DNA of 54,873 nucleotides, from positions 1 to 54,873 of IMG/VR virus record IMGVR_UViG_3300031576_000054; one strand, given 5' to 3'. The position numbers and the translations under genes are program-made. The DNA comes from a virus (lineage: Duplodnaviria; Caudoviricetes). Under the pieces are notes generated by a model. That model had not been told where the DNA came from. It ran no database searches and saw only the letters and a list, made by a program, of their open reading frames with translations. Positions 41,600-51,297 of this stretch are shown here, one piece after another (the stretch's first letter is position 1; the number at the start of each line of letters is the position of its first letter).

Positions 41600-42952
41600 C
41601 TACCAGCCGGTCGTGTGCCTGCGGAACGCCACCTTGACGCGCACAACGTTCGCGGCGTCGCCGCCACCGAATTCACCGTCCCCGGTGTTGTGGAGAACCA
41701 GCGACTTGACCTCGGAGGCGGTCTTGGCGGCGATCACGTCGGGCTTGGGGATCGCGGTCGTCATGGTGTCGACGGCCGCATCCACGAAACCTGACGCCTC
41801 GATCGTCTGCGACACCTGAACGCCGGAACCGGAATCGTACTTGACCGCCAAGTTGTCGTCCGACTCGGTATACGCCGCGGTCCGGTCGAAGATCAGAACC
41901 GCCGAAACGAACTCCAGGACCTTGCCCGCTGCCGGAGCCGCGACCAGTTCCTTCGGGGTCGCCCGGAGCGCCAGCATCTGGGCGTTGGTGATCGTCACCT
42001 CGGCGTACTGGATGGTGTTTTCCTGGAGGATCGCGGTATCGACCGACGCGAGCTGCATGTCGGTCTTGCCGATCTTGCGGTCCTCGCGGTCGAGCAGATT
42101 GAATTCAATCACACCGGCAACCGCGGCCACCGCGATCCGCCCAACGACCTGCTGGACCGAATCGCCCGTCGGGGCCGTGAGGGTGAAGCCCCCGGCGGTT
42201 GCCGAAAGGTACACGGGGTCGCCGACCACGCCGGCCGAGGTGTCGACCCCGGTCTTGCGAAACGCCTTGACGACCGTGCCGTTCGAGACGTCGGCAATCG
42301 CCGCCGACAAAACGTAGTCCGCGCGTCGCCCAGTCGCGGCGTCCGCATCCGCCTTCGCGATCGTGAAGCGCGTGTTGGCTTCGTTCCACGACGAGATCGC
42401 GACCAAGTCGCCCGCCGCCAGCGGCGCGCCGGTCACGTTACGGACGTCCAGCCCGATGTCGACGGGCTGCGTGCCGCCAGCCGGTAGGAACCCGCCGCCC
42501 TGCGCGACGATCGTATCGGCGTCGAGCATCCACACGATCTGGCCGACGCTCGCCGAGACCACCGCGATCCGCCCGACGATCTGGGCGAGCTGCATCGAGC
42601 CGGTCGGCTTGGTCAGCGTGAAGCCGCCTGCCGTGGCCGACAGGTAGACCGGATCACCCACCGCGCCGGCCGACGTGTCCTTGTTGGCGGCCGAAAGCGC
42701 GAACTTCTTGACGAACCCGATCTCGCCGTTGGCGATGTCGCCGGTCACGACGTACTGGGTGCGGGTCGTCGGATCGTCGGCATCGCCCTTCGCGACGACC
42801 GGCATTTCCTTCGCAGCCGACCAGCTCGAGATGTAGACCAGCGTGTCCCTGGTCAGCGTCCCGCCGCTGGAATTGAGGACTTCGAGGTTGGCGGTGTCCA
42901 TGCCCGACCCGACCCCGGCGGCGACCGACGTGGCAAGCGAAAGTCTGCTCAC
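41600..42952 (-). CDS. Head fibre/decoration protein with two tandem cement-like domains
   Basis: Duplicated ISSW...AK.DAD...DTSAG.VGDPVYLSATAGGFTLT.PT...Q.VGRIAV. Confidence 0.75.
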   Translation of the reverse strand: MSRLSLATSVAAGVGSGMDTANLEVLNSSGGTLTRDTLVYISSWSAAKEMPVVAKGDADDPTTRTQYVVTGDIANGEIGFVKKFALSAANKDTSAGAVGDPVYLSATAGGFTLTKPTGSMQLAQIVGRIAVVSASVGQIVWMLDADTIVAQGGGFLPAGGTQPVDIGLDVRNVTGAPLAAGDLVAISSWNEANTRFTIAKADADAATGRRADYVLSAAIADVSNGTVVKAFRKTGVDTSAGVVGDPVYLSATAGGFTLTAPTGDSVQQVVGRIAVAAVAGVIEFNLLDREDRKIGKTDMQLASVDTAILQENTIQYAEVTITNAQMLALRATPKELVAAPAAGKVLEFVSAVLIFDRTAAYTESDDNLAVKYDSGSGVQVSQTIEASGFVDAAVDTMTTAIPKPDVIAAKTASEVKSLVLHNTGDGEFGGGDAANVVRVKVAFRRHTTGW

Positions 42953-43009
42953 GGATGATCCTCCTGGAGCGGGGACGGAGCCCCGATAGGCCCCGTCCCC
43001 GGCTATCGG

Positions 43010-43495
43010 TTACGCGCGAACGACGGTTTCCCGGGCAATCAGGAAGCCGGTGACACTCGTGACGGTCGTGCCGCCGGTCTCGATCGCGAAGAAGTCGTGC
43101 GGCAGGCCCGTCGCGCCGGAGAGCGTGGTCTGCGCACCACTATCGACAATCGCGGCATCGGACGCATCGACGAGGAGCCCGTTGCCTGCGGTGTACGTGG
43201 CGGACGGCACCGTGAGCGAGATCCCCGGCCCTTCCTTGAAGAACAGGCCATAGGCCCCATCAGCAACCGCTTCCTGCGCGATGACAAGTCGCTGACGCTC
43301 GCCGACCGCCACGGTCTTCGCGATGACTGCAGCGCGCCCGTTCTTGCCCGCCGTCTTGAGCCACGTGACGCGCATCCCGTCGCCCGCCACGATCGCCGAA
43401 CCCGTGTTGTTGAACAGCCGTTCCATCGTGCGGCCCTGACCGTCGACCAGCACTTCGTACTGGTTGATGTCCCTTTGGACGCCTGCACCGTACAT
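43010..43495 (-). CDS. Capsid cement/decoration protein
   Basis: Directly after the MCP gene; NNTGSAIVAGD...EAVADG.YG beta-tulip-like pattern. Confidence 0.7.
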   Translation of the reverse strand: MYGAGVQRDINQYEVLVDGQGRTMERLFNNTGSAIVAGDGMRVTWLKTAGKNGRAAVIAKTVAVGERQRLVIAQEAVADGAYGLFFKEGPGISLTVPSATYTAGNGLLVDASDAAIVDSGAQTTLSGATGLPHDFFAIETGGTTVTSVTGFLIARETVVRA

Positions 43496-43564
43496 GGTGG
43501 TCCTCCGTTTTCATCGGGGGCCCGGGCGAGCCGAGCCCCCGTGGCCGTCGAATGCACCCGAACG

Positions 43565-44539
43565 CTACGCGTCCGGGTCCAAACCCTTGATAACCAGTTG
43601 CCGGTCGCGGCGCGAGGTCGCGATGTTGCCGGAGAACAGGATCCGCCACGTCTTGGCCCACATTTCTGGCATCTGGATCGGACCTTCGACCGAGAAGTTG
43701 AGGTCCGGGTGGATGAACATGTCGAGGTAGTCGGTCTGGAGCAGGTACAGGTTGGCCGACGCGTCGGACACCGGGCAGTACGTGTCGGCGTAGATCGGCA
43801 CGCCTTGGTAGACGAGGCTGGTGAAGCCAGCCTTGCGCGTCTCGTCGTCCGAATCGGTGACGTACCGTTCCTGGGGCTGGAGCAGGCTGTGGAACTTGGC
43901 CCAGAGCAGCGGCCGGGTGATACCCAGGTTGGACTTGTCGGTTCCGCCGTCCCACGTCCGCGCCCACTGCTTGGTGAAAAGGGCCAGCGTGAAGCTCGCG
44001 ACCGTCACGGTCTTGGCGGCCCAGACGGTCGTGCCGGTCGGCCCGATCACGTCGGCCGCGGTCAGCTTCCCGTACGGGTCGTTGTCGGTCACGGCCCGGA
44101 GGCCGATCAGATCCTTGGCGCCGTCGGCGGCCGATGAATAGACGGCGGTCCCAACCAGGTCCCACATCGTGTCCATCGCGTTCTGTTTCCGGACCGCGAT
44201 GAATTCCTTGATGGCGTCCTCGCCCGTGACCTTCGCGGCGTCCGTCCCGTAGCACGGGATCGGGCACACGCCGAACTTGTAGTCGTACTGGGCGGACGTG
44301 ACCGCAGGATTCTGCGGGTTGGGCAGCGGGTCGTCCTTCGTGAACCACTTGGCGCCGCCCTGGGAGGTGTAGAACAGCGGGTACTTGACGCCGTCGGTGT
44401 AGCGCCGCATGATCGGGGCCTTGCGGCCCTCCTTCATCAGTTTGATCGCCAGAACCGACTTGTTCTTCCAGTTGGTCTGTACTTTGGGGACGATCGACGT
44501 CTTGATGATTGCGGTGACGTCGTCAAACGTCAGGGCCAT
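43565..44539 (-). CDS. Major capsid protein
   Basis: 324 aa, after the scaffold gene; LQPQERY, AGF..L.Y.G.PIYAD..CP, LYLL.TDYL, GN..TSRR. Confidence 0.88.
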   Translation of the reverse strand: MALTFDDVTAIIKTSIVPKVQTNWKNKSVLAIKLMKEGRKAPIMRRYTDGVKYPLFYTSQGGAKWFTKDDPLPNPQNPAVTSAQYDYKFGVCPIPCYGTDAAKVTGEDAIKEFIAVRKQNAMDTMWDLVGTAVYSSAADGAKDLIGLRAVTDNDPYGKLTAADVIGPTGTTVWAAKTVTVASFTLALFTKQWARTWDGGTDKSNLGITRPLLWAKFHSLLQPQERYVTDSDDETRKAGFTSLVYQGVPIYADTYCPVSDASANLYLLQTDYLDMFIHPDLNFSVEGPIQMPEMWAKTWRILFSGNIATSRRDRQLVIKGLDPDA

Positions 44540-44572
44540 CTTGTTCCTCCTTGGGCACCGAAACGGCGGACG

Positions 44573-45688
44573 CTATTTGATCCAGCCCTTCTTCTGCATC
44601 CACAGCTTCTCGGCCAGGTTGAAATGTTCCTCCGGGAGTTTGAGTTTCTCGGCTTCCGTGTACTCGTCGAGCGGCCGAATCGTCGCGGACGCCGCAGCCG
44701 GGGGCGAAACGCCTGCGGGTGTCGATCCGGCGGCCTCCACGGTCGCCGCAACCTTCACGGCGGCCCCGTTCTGGGCCTCCTTGAACGCAGCAACCCGGGC
44801 GGTCCGGAAGTCGTCCGTCAACACCGTCAGTCCGACTCGCAGGGGATCGCACGACAACCGCCAGAGACGCGCGCGTTCCGGGTGACTCTCCGGGTACCGC
44901 TGGGCATCGACCTGGAGTTTGTGGCACGCCTCCGCGACCTTCCCGAGTTGCGTCTCGGTCAGCGACACGCCCGCGACTTCCGCGGCCTTCGCGAGATCCC
45001 CGAACGAGCTCTCGATCGCGTCGGTAAGCGCGTTGCGCTCCTGCGCGACCTGCTGTGCGCGTTGCTGGCCCTCGATGTATTCGACGGCCTTCGCGACGCG
45101 GTCGGGAATCGGTTGCGCCTTCGGATCCTTGGGCTTGTCGGCTAGGGTTTCGCCCAGTTCGGCGAGTTGAGATTTCGTGAATTCCGCGATCTTATCGAGC
45201 AGCCCTTGGGCCGCTTCGGACCCGTGGGATGCGGTCACCGCTTTCACCGCACGGTCGATCTCGAGCCCACCGCGCGCGTCGTCCATGAGGAACTGGTGTT
45301 TCAGTCCCATCTGGACGAAGGGGAGCGCCTGCTCGGCGGTGAGATAGAACGACTTCCCGTCCACCACGTACTCGCGGACCACCGGCCCTTCGGGCTCGGT
45401 CTTGGGCGGTTCGGGCGGCGGGGCGGGGGCGACGGTTGGGGCGGGCGGCGGCGTTACGGCTTTCGGGGTTTCCTTCGTGGGTTCCGGCGTCGTCTTGGCG
45501 GCCTCCGGCTTTGCTGGCGGAGGTGCAGCGGCCGGTGGGGTGCCGAATCTGCCGGACTCGTCGGCGTGGTCGCCCGACAACAGACGCGCGATTAGGTCCT
45601 GTTGGCCCGGCGGATCGTCCGATGTCGACGTCGGCGGCGCCGCTGGAGCCGGCGGGGACGCGACAGCGGAAGCGAACGGATCGGCCAC
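44573..45688 (-). CDS. Scaffolding protein (371 aa, GTG start)
   Basis: AAGGAGG SD; Pro-rich N-terminus, VVDGK motif, helical body; between portal and MCP. Confidence 0.75.
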   Translation of the reverse strand: MADPFASAVASPPAPAAPPTSTSDDPPGQQDLIARLLSGDHADESGRFGTPPAAAPPPAKPEAAKTTPEPTKETPKAVTPPPAPTVAPAPPPEPPKTEPEGPVVREYVVDGKSFYLTAEQALPFVQMGLKHQFLMDDARGGLEIDRAVKAVTASHGSEAAQGLLDKIAEFTKSQLAELGETLADKPKDPKAQPIPDRVAKAVEYIEGQQRAQQVAQERNALTDAIESSFGDLAKAAEVAGVSLTETQLGKVAEACHKLQVDAQRYPESHPERARLWRLSCDPLRVGLTVLTDDFRTARVAAFKEAQNGAAVKVAATVEAAGSTPAGVSPPAAASATIRPLDEYTEAEKLKLPEEHFNLAEKLWMQKKGWIK

Positions 45689-45702
45689 GAGATCCTCCTT
45701 GC

Positions 45703-45826
45703 CGAAAACGAAAACGGGCCGGTTGGAGTTGTTGGCCTCCAACACGGCCCGTTTTCGTGTACGTCTCCGGGAGCTACCCGTGGACGCTTCGGTTTCGTCT
45801 TACGATTTTCGACCCAGTAAAGTCAA
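45703..45826 (-). promoter_or_regulatory. Possible promoter plus terminator-like leader hairpin before the scaffold gene
   Basis: TTGACT at 45821-45826; ACGAAAACGGGCCG/CGGCCCGTTTTCGT stem at 45708-45758 followed by TTTC and the SD. Confidence 0.5.
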
Positions 45827-45833
45827 GAAGATT

Positions 45834-47783
45834 CTACACCGCATTCTGGACGAACGCCGGAGGCGCTTGGGTCGGCACACCCGACCCCATCTCCGACCCG
45901 ACCGGTACCTCCGGTTCGGCCCCGGCCTCGGGGATCGCCGGCACGCCCGCGGCGGCCGGAAGCTGCGGCGCCTGACCCCCCTGTTTCATCGCCGCCATCT
46001 GCTGCTGTTGCGCCATCGCTTCCCGCCTCATGCGCTCGAATTCGGCCATCATCCGCACCTTCTCCTGTTCCGGGACGTCCAGGAGCTTCCAAACGTACTG
46101 GCGATCGACCGCCCCGATCTTGAACAACTCGATCGCCTCGACCAGCATCGCGCGCCGGGACAGCGGGCGACCCGACACGCCGTTGACGCGAACGACGTAC
46201 TCGCCGATCGACACGTCGTTGAGCATGATCGGCTGCGGCTTGTCGCCCGGGAACTTCGGCGGAATCACGTCGAGCACGCGATTGACGACGAACGCGGTTA
46301 CCTCTTCGTTCCGGCCCAGCACGAGGCCCTTGGGGTCCAACGATGCCAGACGTTCGGGCGGCGGTGGTCCCACCAAAGGCAGGGTCTTCTCCTCGGTCCA
46401 GAACTGCTGGATGTCCGACACGATCTGCTCGCCCAACCGCTTCATCGCGACCTCGAGGTTCCGGGCCTTCTGGCGCACCCGCGTCTGGGCGGCCTCGCGC
46501 ATCTGGGCCACCAAGACGCCCGACGCGCCCTTGAACGGCAACGCGCCCTCGGGCGCATCGCCCTGCCCGGTCAGCGCGCGGATGTGGCCCTCGTTCATCG
46601 ACAAGAGCGAGAACATGACCGGGCTGATTGGGATCGGCGGCATCCAGTACGGCTTTCCGCCTCGCTCGTCGTACGGCAACGCGAGCCCCGGTTTCACCAT
46701 CCAACTCGTCGAATCGAAGCCGGACAGCGCACCGAAGAGGAGCGGCGGCATCATACCGACCCGGATGCAGTCGAGGATCATGCCGTGCGTCAGGTTGTGG
46801 GTCGTGTTCGGGCCCTTGATGTCGTGGATCTCGGGCCGGCCCCAGAACTCGCTGTCCCAGTCAAAGTTGTTGAACTTGACCAGCGGGATCCGACCGTTCC
46901 GCCGGCGGATTGGACGGTCGGCCAGAACCACGTCGCCCGACAGCGTGATGTGACGCCACGTCGGGTACCGGTCGCGGTTGGGGTCGCGCATGTAGAACTG
47001 CCAGACGCTCGCGCCCTGGGCAAATTTCGTGTCGCCCGATCCGCTCTCCGGCGTCAGCGTGTAGAACTGCATCGGGTTTTTGCCCGCGAGGTCGTACATC
47101 GTCGCCGCGTTGCGGAGAAAGTGCCCGCCCGGCACCGACTCGCGCGGTCGGCGTTCGCCATCGTAAATCGGCTCGGTCAGGACGGCCTCGGCTTTTACCC
47201 GCGGGCCCTGGCGCGGGTAGAGTTGGCGGATCCGGTAGAGCGGCAGCCACGATCTCACCAGCACGAACTCGCACTGTTCGACGTCGATCCCGCCCAGCAC
47301 CATCACGTCGTACGTGTCGCGCTGGCGGACGATGATCCGCTTCCGGAAGGGATCGTAGTCGGTCTCGAAGAAACCGGTCCCGAGGATTGCGGCTGAAAGG
47401 AGCACCTGGGGCAAGAGCAACTCGAAGTCTTGGTCGCGCAGAACCCATTCCATCGACTCGTGGAGCGCGGCGGCCGTGTGATAGTTGGACGGATCGAGCG
47501 CCATAACCTCAGGTCGCGGCCGATTGTCGGTGAGGAGCGCGATCGACGGGATGATGGCGGAGGCGCAGAAGTTCGTGGTCGGGGCCGATTTCCACAGCGG
47601 GCGGTTCCAGGGCCAGTGGTTGCCCTGGAAATACCGTCCGTTCTCCCACCAGACATGATCGAACCGCCGTCGCTCGGCGCGCGCGTGGTCCTTGATCTCG
47701 CGGAACAACCCGACGGCCCGTTCCTCGGCCGCCTTGTTCGATCCGACGGGCGCCGTCACGTCGATTTCGGCAATCGCCTCCAC
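45834..47783 (-). CDS. Portal protein (P22-like)
   Basis: YFQGNHW, N......I.......P.PEV, IPLVKF, FWG, SGV....REAA, Gln-rich tail; 649 aa. Confidence 0.88.
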   Translation of the reverse strand: MEAIAEIDVTAPVGSNKAAEERAVGLFREIKDHARAERRRFDHVWWENGRYFQGNHWPWNRPLWKSAPTTNFCASAIIPSIALLTDNRPRPEVMALDPSNYHTAAALHESMEWVLRDQDFELLLPQVLLSAAILGTGFFETDYDPFRKRIIVRQRDTYDVMVLGGIDVEQCEFVLVRSWLPLYRIRQLYPRQGPRVKAEAVLTEPIYDGERRPRESVPGGHFLRNAATMYDLAGKNPMQFYTLTPESGSGDTKFAQGASVWQFYMRDPNRDRYPTWRHITLSGDVVLADRPIRRRNGRIPLVKFNNFDWDSEFWGRPEIHDIKGPNTTHNLTHGMILDCIRVGMMPPLLFGALSGFDSTSWMVKPGLALPYDERGGKPYWMPPIPISPVMFSLLSMNEGHIRALTGQGDAPEGALPFKGASGVLVAQMREAAQTRVRQKARNLEVAMKRLGEQIVSDIQQFWTEEKTLPLVGPPPPERLASLDPKGLVLGRNEEVTAFVVNRVLDVIPPKFPGDKPQPIMLNDVSIGEYVVRVNGVSGRPLSRRAMLVEAIELFKIGAVDRQYVWKLLDVPEQEKVRMMAEFERMRREAMAQQQQMAAMKQGGQAPQLPAAAGVPAIPEAGAEPEVPVGSEMGSGVPTQAPPAFVQNAV

Positions 47784-47786
47784 CCG

Positions 47787-48209
47787 CTACTCCTCTTCGG
47801 CCGGAGGACGTTCGAGGCGGGCACGGAAGGTCGTTGGTCTTGCGGGCGGCGGGGGTGGGCTGAACTTTCCGCCGACCAGTCCTTCGGCGACCCGGCGTCT
47901 GGTCGATTCGCCCGCGACTTGGCGCTCGATCTGCTCCGGCTTGACGAACACGAACGTCTCGCCATCCTCCTCGTAGCGTTCGGCCCCTTCGGCCCGGACC
48001 TCGACCTTGTCGCCGACCTCGTACTCGCCCGCCACGTCGGGCCCGACGGCGCAGACCTCGCCGGAGGTCGCGTCCGGAGAGTCCAGGCAGACCGTCACAT
48101 GGCCCGACAAATCCGGCTCGGTTTCGGGCTCGGTCTTGCCGGGTGCGGCTGCGGGGGGCGGAGCGCCGGCGTCCGGGGCCGGCGTCATCATGTCGTCCAT
48201 GTGGGGCAT
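47787..48209 (-). CDS. Hypothetical acidic protein (140 aa)
   Basis: In-operon ORF; SD. Confidence 0.65.
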   Translation of the reverse strand: MPHMDDMMTPAPDAGAPPPAAAPGKTEPETEPDLSGHVTVCLDSPDATSGEVCAVGPDVAGEYEVGDKVEVRAEGAERYEEDGETFVFVKPEQIERQVAGESTRRRVAEGLVGGKFSPPPPPARPTTFRARLERPPAEEE

Positions 48210-48210
48210 G

Positions 48211-48351
48211 CTATTCCCCCTTCTTGCCGTAGCCAGTCATTTTCGTCCCGCCACTCAGCCGGCGCTCGATCCATGCGGCGAGTGCGCCGGGATCGCGTAC
48301 GCCCTTGCGTTTGGCGAGCTTTGCCTTGAGTTTCGCAAAATCTTCCGGCAT
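48211..48351 (-). CDS. Small basic phage protein (46 aa, F.KL..KL....GVRDPGALAAWI)
   Basis: Hand translation; AGGAGG SD. Confidence 0.65.
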   Translation of the reverse strand: MPEDFAKLKAKLAKRKGVRDPGALAAWIERRLSGGTKMTGYGKKGE

Positions 48352-48362
48352 CCCGTATCCTC

Positions 48363-48659
48363 CTATCCGCCACCCACTCGACCCGTCGGCTCGACGCCCA
48401 TCTTCTTACAGATGTCGTCGTGCTGCTTGACCGACGAGATCCAGCGGCCGAGCGACCGATTGTAGTACGTCGCGAATCCGCCGCCCTCGATCAGGAGTCC
48501 GCGGCGACCGGCCGAAAGATCCTGTGCCATGCGATTCCCACAGGGACAGACCGGAAAGTTCTCCGGCCGGTATTCGGCCATCGTCAGGAACACGTCGCGA
48601 ATGGTCGCCGGGCAGCAGCGCGCAAAAAAGTCGTGGGTCGGCATCGCCATTCCATCCAT
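48363..48659 (-). CDS. FmdB-like zinc-ribbon protein
   Basis: MPT.DF...C...CPCG..M; YN.SLG.WISS. Confidence 0.65.
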   Translation of the reverse strand: MDGMAMPTHDFFARCCPATIRDVFLTMAEYRPENFPVCPCGNRMAQDLSAGRRGLLIEGGGFATYYNRSLGRWISSVKQHDDICKKMGVEPTGRVGGG

Positions 48660-48916
48660 CAGCCGCCGTTGTTCATGAACCCTTGGTCGCTCGCCCCCGG
48701 GCGCCTGGCCGCCGCCATCTGTTCGGCGAACCGCTGCATCATCACCTTCTCCATCTCGGCCATCTGTTCCTCGCTCGGCGCAGATCCGAGGACAGGCCCC
48801 ATCCGCGGCGGCGACGCGGCGCGCCGGCCGATCCAGAATCCGGCGATGAAGGCGAGGAGGAGGAACGCGAACGTCGCGGCGCCGGAGAGCGCACCGACCA
48901 TGGCGGTCTCGTTCAT
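48659..48916 (-). CDS. Small membrane protein
   Basis: TM segment ATFAFLLLAFIAGFWIG; coupling. Confidence 0.65.
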   Translation of the reverse strand: MNETAMVGALSGAATFAFLLLAFIAGFWIGRRAASPPRMGPVLGSAPSEEQMAEMEKVMMQRFAEQMAAARRPGASDQGFMNNGG

Positions 48917-49134
48917 TCGGCGTACTCCCGACCGGTGTTGACGTTTCGGATCGGCAGGTTCGGCTTGGGAAACTCGGCCATCTCGTCGGTCTGGATCGAG
49001 ACGTGGGGCGGCGTGTAGACCCGTTCCATCTTGCCGCCGCAGGTGCAGGCCACCGAGTCTTTCGGCTCATCCCGGATCGGACGCCATTCGTCGGCGGTCC
49101 GGCCGCAGGCGCAACGATACCCGTCACGAACCAT
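48913..49134 (-). CDS. FmdB-like zinc-ribbon protein
   Basis: YRC.CG...C.CGGKMERVYTPP. Confidence 0.7.
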   Translation of the reverse strand: MVRDGYRCACGRTADEWRPIRDEPKDSVACTCGGKMERVYTPPHVSIQTDEMAEFPKPNLPIRNVNTGREYAE

Positions 49135-49652
49135 TACCCGACCTCCTCGGCGGAGTAGCCGGCGGCGTAGAGCCCGACCGTGTCGGCGTTCCAGAGTTCC
49201 ATCCGGGTCAGCCGGTCCTTGACGTCCTGGCGAACGGTCTCGGGGACCGACATAACCTTCTGGGCATTGGGGTACGGCGCCTCCCAGAGCACCTTGCCTA
49301 CGATCGCGATCCCCTCCTGCCTCACGCCCCCTTCGGTCCACGGTCGCGCGTGGAGTTGGCTGGCGTCCTCGATGTAGACGGGAAACCGCTTGGTCGGGGG
49401 CTCCCCGGTCCACCGGACGACTTCGACCGGCGTGTACTCATCGACCGGCTTGGTGCAGAACGGGCAGCGAACCAGCACCTCGTGGGCCGGGCTGCGCTTC
49501 CGCAACTTGTCGCGCTCATCCACCAAGAGCTTCCGCAACTTGGGGTCGGCCTTGACGTGGTCGCAGTCCTCGAGCGGCTTCCGCAAGACCTTGAGGCAGT
49601 CGGCGACCCGCACCGGGACTCCGTAAACCAGCGCAACCATCGACATCGACAT
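49134..49652 (-). CDS. Hypothetical protein with CPFC (172 aa)
   Basis: AGGAG SD; TAATG coupling. Confidence 0.7.
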   Translation of the reverse strand: MSMSMVALVYGVPVRVADCLKVLRKPLEDCDHVKADPKLRKLLVDERDKLRKRSPAHEVLVRCPFCTKPVDEYTPVEVVRWTGEPPTKRFPVYIEDASQLHARPWTEGGVRQEGIAIVGKVLWEAPYPNAQKVMSVPETVRQDVKDRLTRMELWNADTVGLYAAGYSAEEVG

Positions 49653-49671
49653 CGGGATTCTCCTATCCGGC

Positions 49672-51297
49672 CTACCCAGGCCATCTCTCTGTTACATTCC
49701 GATCGGCCTCCGAGTCAAGAGGATTCAGCTTGTCGAGGTCGATGAACGTCTCGGAGTTCCGGTCGCCCCCCATCCGGACCGGCTCCTGGGGCCCGAACAC
49801 ATCGGACGGTTGGAGTTCGTAAACCGGTCCTTCGTGGGGCATCGGCACGCCGGACTCGTTCTCGACCAGCCAGCGGATTGCGGTCGCCATGACGTCCGGC
49901 ACGTCGTCGCCCCGGCACGCCGGGTAAGCGCAGAACTTCATCAGGGCCGACTCGGGCACGGCCGTCGTGACCAGGAGATCGCCGCGGCTGACGTACGGCA
50001 CGATCGATTCGATGCGGTCCTCCTTGGGGATCGAGATTTCCTGGCGGATCGGCCGGATCGGCAGACGCCCCATGCCGGCACGCGCGGCCTCTCGTTCGAC
50101 CGCGGCGAGCAGGTCCTCCGCGCGGTTGGACTCGGGCAAGAGATACGACGGCAGCCACCTCTGGTAGAACGCCAGCGTCCGCGCGATCCTCTGGTTCGGA
50201 TCCCATCGGCCGTGCTCGGCGTCCAGCCAGACGAACTTTCCCTTTCGTTCGCCCGACCGGTAGAGCCCGACCGCCACGATCGCAGTCTCGTCGGCGGTGT
50301 CGGACGTCGTCGAGGCCGGATCGACCGCCATGACGATGAGGAGGTCGCGCGGCCTGGCGCGCGGCTGGACCGGATCGACCAAGCAGCTCTGGGCCCGGAG
50401 GGTGGCGATCGGGAACCACGCCTCGGAGTCGGGCACGTCCTGCATCAGGTAGTCCCGACCGAAGAGGATGGGCCCCATCTCGCGCTGCTGGTCGCGGAGG
50501 AAGTCGCGTGGGCATCGTTCGGGCCACAGGACCTCGCAATCCGAATCGTCGAGCGAGCCCTTCCGGACGCAGGAAAAAATCCGCGCGAGCCAGCCATCCC
50601 GCGGGGCGCGGTCGCGACCGTTGCCGGCGTACAGCGACACGAGGCTGTCGGGATGGACGAGCGTACCGTCGAGGACGATCTGGGTGTCCTTGCGGCGGGC
50701 GCCGATGGCGGTCTGACGCCACCACTCATCAAGGTCCCGGCAAAGCGACGCGCTGCGGCACTGCTTGATGTCCTGTGGGTCGTCGAACACCAAACGGTCG
50801 GGGTGCTCGCCCAAAACCTCGCCGCCAATCGGACGCGCCAGGATCGTGACCGACCGACCGCCGACGTCGAAGTTGATCTCCTCCTTCTCCATCCACGGGC
50901 TGCGCGGCGTAATCGAGTACAGCTTCGCCAAGAGCGGGTTGTCGGTAATCTCGCGGCCGACCCGGATCAGCCACTTCCCGGCCGCCGATTCGGTGCGCTG
51001 GAGTAGGAGCGGTCGATTCTTGCGGCCGTTCAGCGTCTCGAAGAGGACGAGCACGACGTTGAACAGCGTGGACTTGGCGTGGTCACGGGCGACGGCCGCG
51101 ACGAGCTTCGGGTTGTCCAGCGCATCCTGGGCCAGGACATAGTGGCACTGGGCGGGGGGAGTCAGGCAGTGGCGCGGCAGGTACGCGGCACCCCAATCGA
51201 CGGGGCTCTTGACGACGCGGTCGCGGTAGGTCTTGGCGTGCCGGTCCCAGTCGATCGCGCGTTCAGGGTCGTACGTGAGGCCCGTTTTAACTTCCAT
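49672..51297 (-). CDS. terL: Terminase large subunit (start approximate)
   Basis: Walker A ARDHAKST, Walker B LVFDDP, GT..H.D, LWPER, nuclease motifs AVDPA...DETA and DDVPD. Confidence 0.92.
   Translation of the reverse strand: MEVKTGLTYDPERAIDWDRHAKTYRDRVVKSPVDWGAAYLPRHCLTPPAQCHYVLAQDALDNPKLVAAVARDHAKSTLFNVVLVLFETLNGRKNRPLLLQRTESAAGKWLIRVGREITDNPLLAKLYSITPRSPWMEKEEINFDVGGRSVTILARPIGGEVLGEHPDRLVFDDPQDIKQCRSASLCRDLDEWWRQTAIGARRKDTQIVLDGTLVHPDSLVSLYAGNGRDRAPRDGWLARIFSCVRKGSLDDSDCEVLWPERCPRDFLRDQQREMGPILFGRDYLMQDVPDSEAWFPIATLRAQSCLVDPVQPRARPRDLLIVMAVDPASTTSDTADETAIVAVGLYRSGERKGKFVWLDAEHGRWDPNQRIARTLAFYQRWLPSYLLPESNRAEDLLAAVEREAARAGMGRLPIRPIRQEISIPKEDRIESIVPYVSRGDLLVTTAVPESALMKFCAYPACRGDDVPDVMATAIRWLVENESGVPMPHEGPVYELQPSDVFGPQEPVRMGGDRNSETFIDLDKLNPLDSEADRNVTERWPG

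Noticed and set aside
43496-43567. MCP stop read-through into the cement gene (in-frame spacer)
   Set aside because: An in-frame TGA lies within the spacer.
15567-47396. Many long + strand ORFs (e.g. 15567-17216, 25692-27749, 45402-47396)
   Set aside because: Antisense shadows of motif-bearing - strand genes in high-GC DNA.
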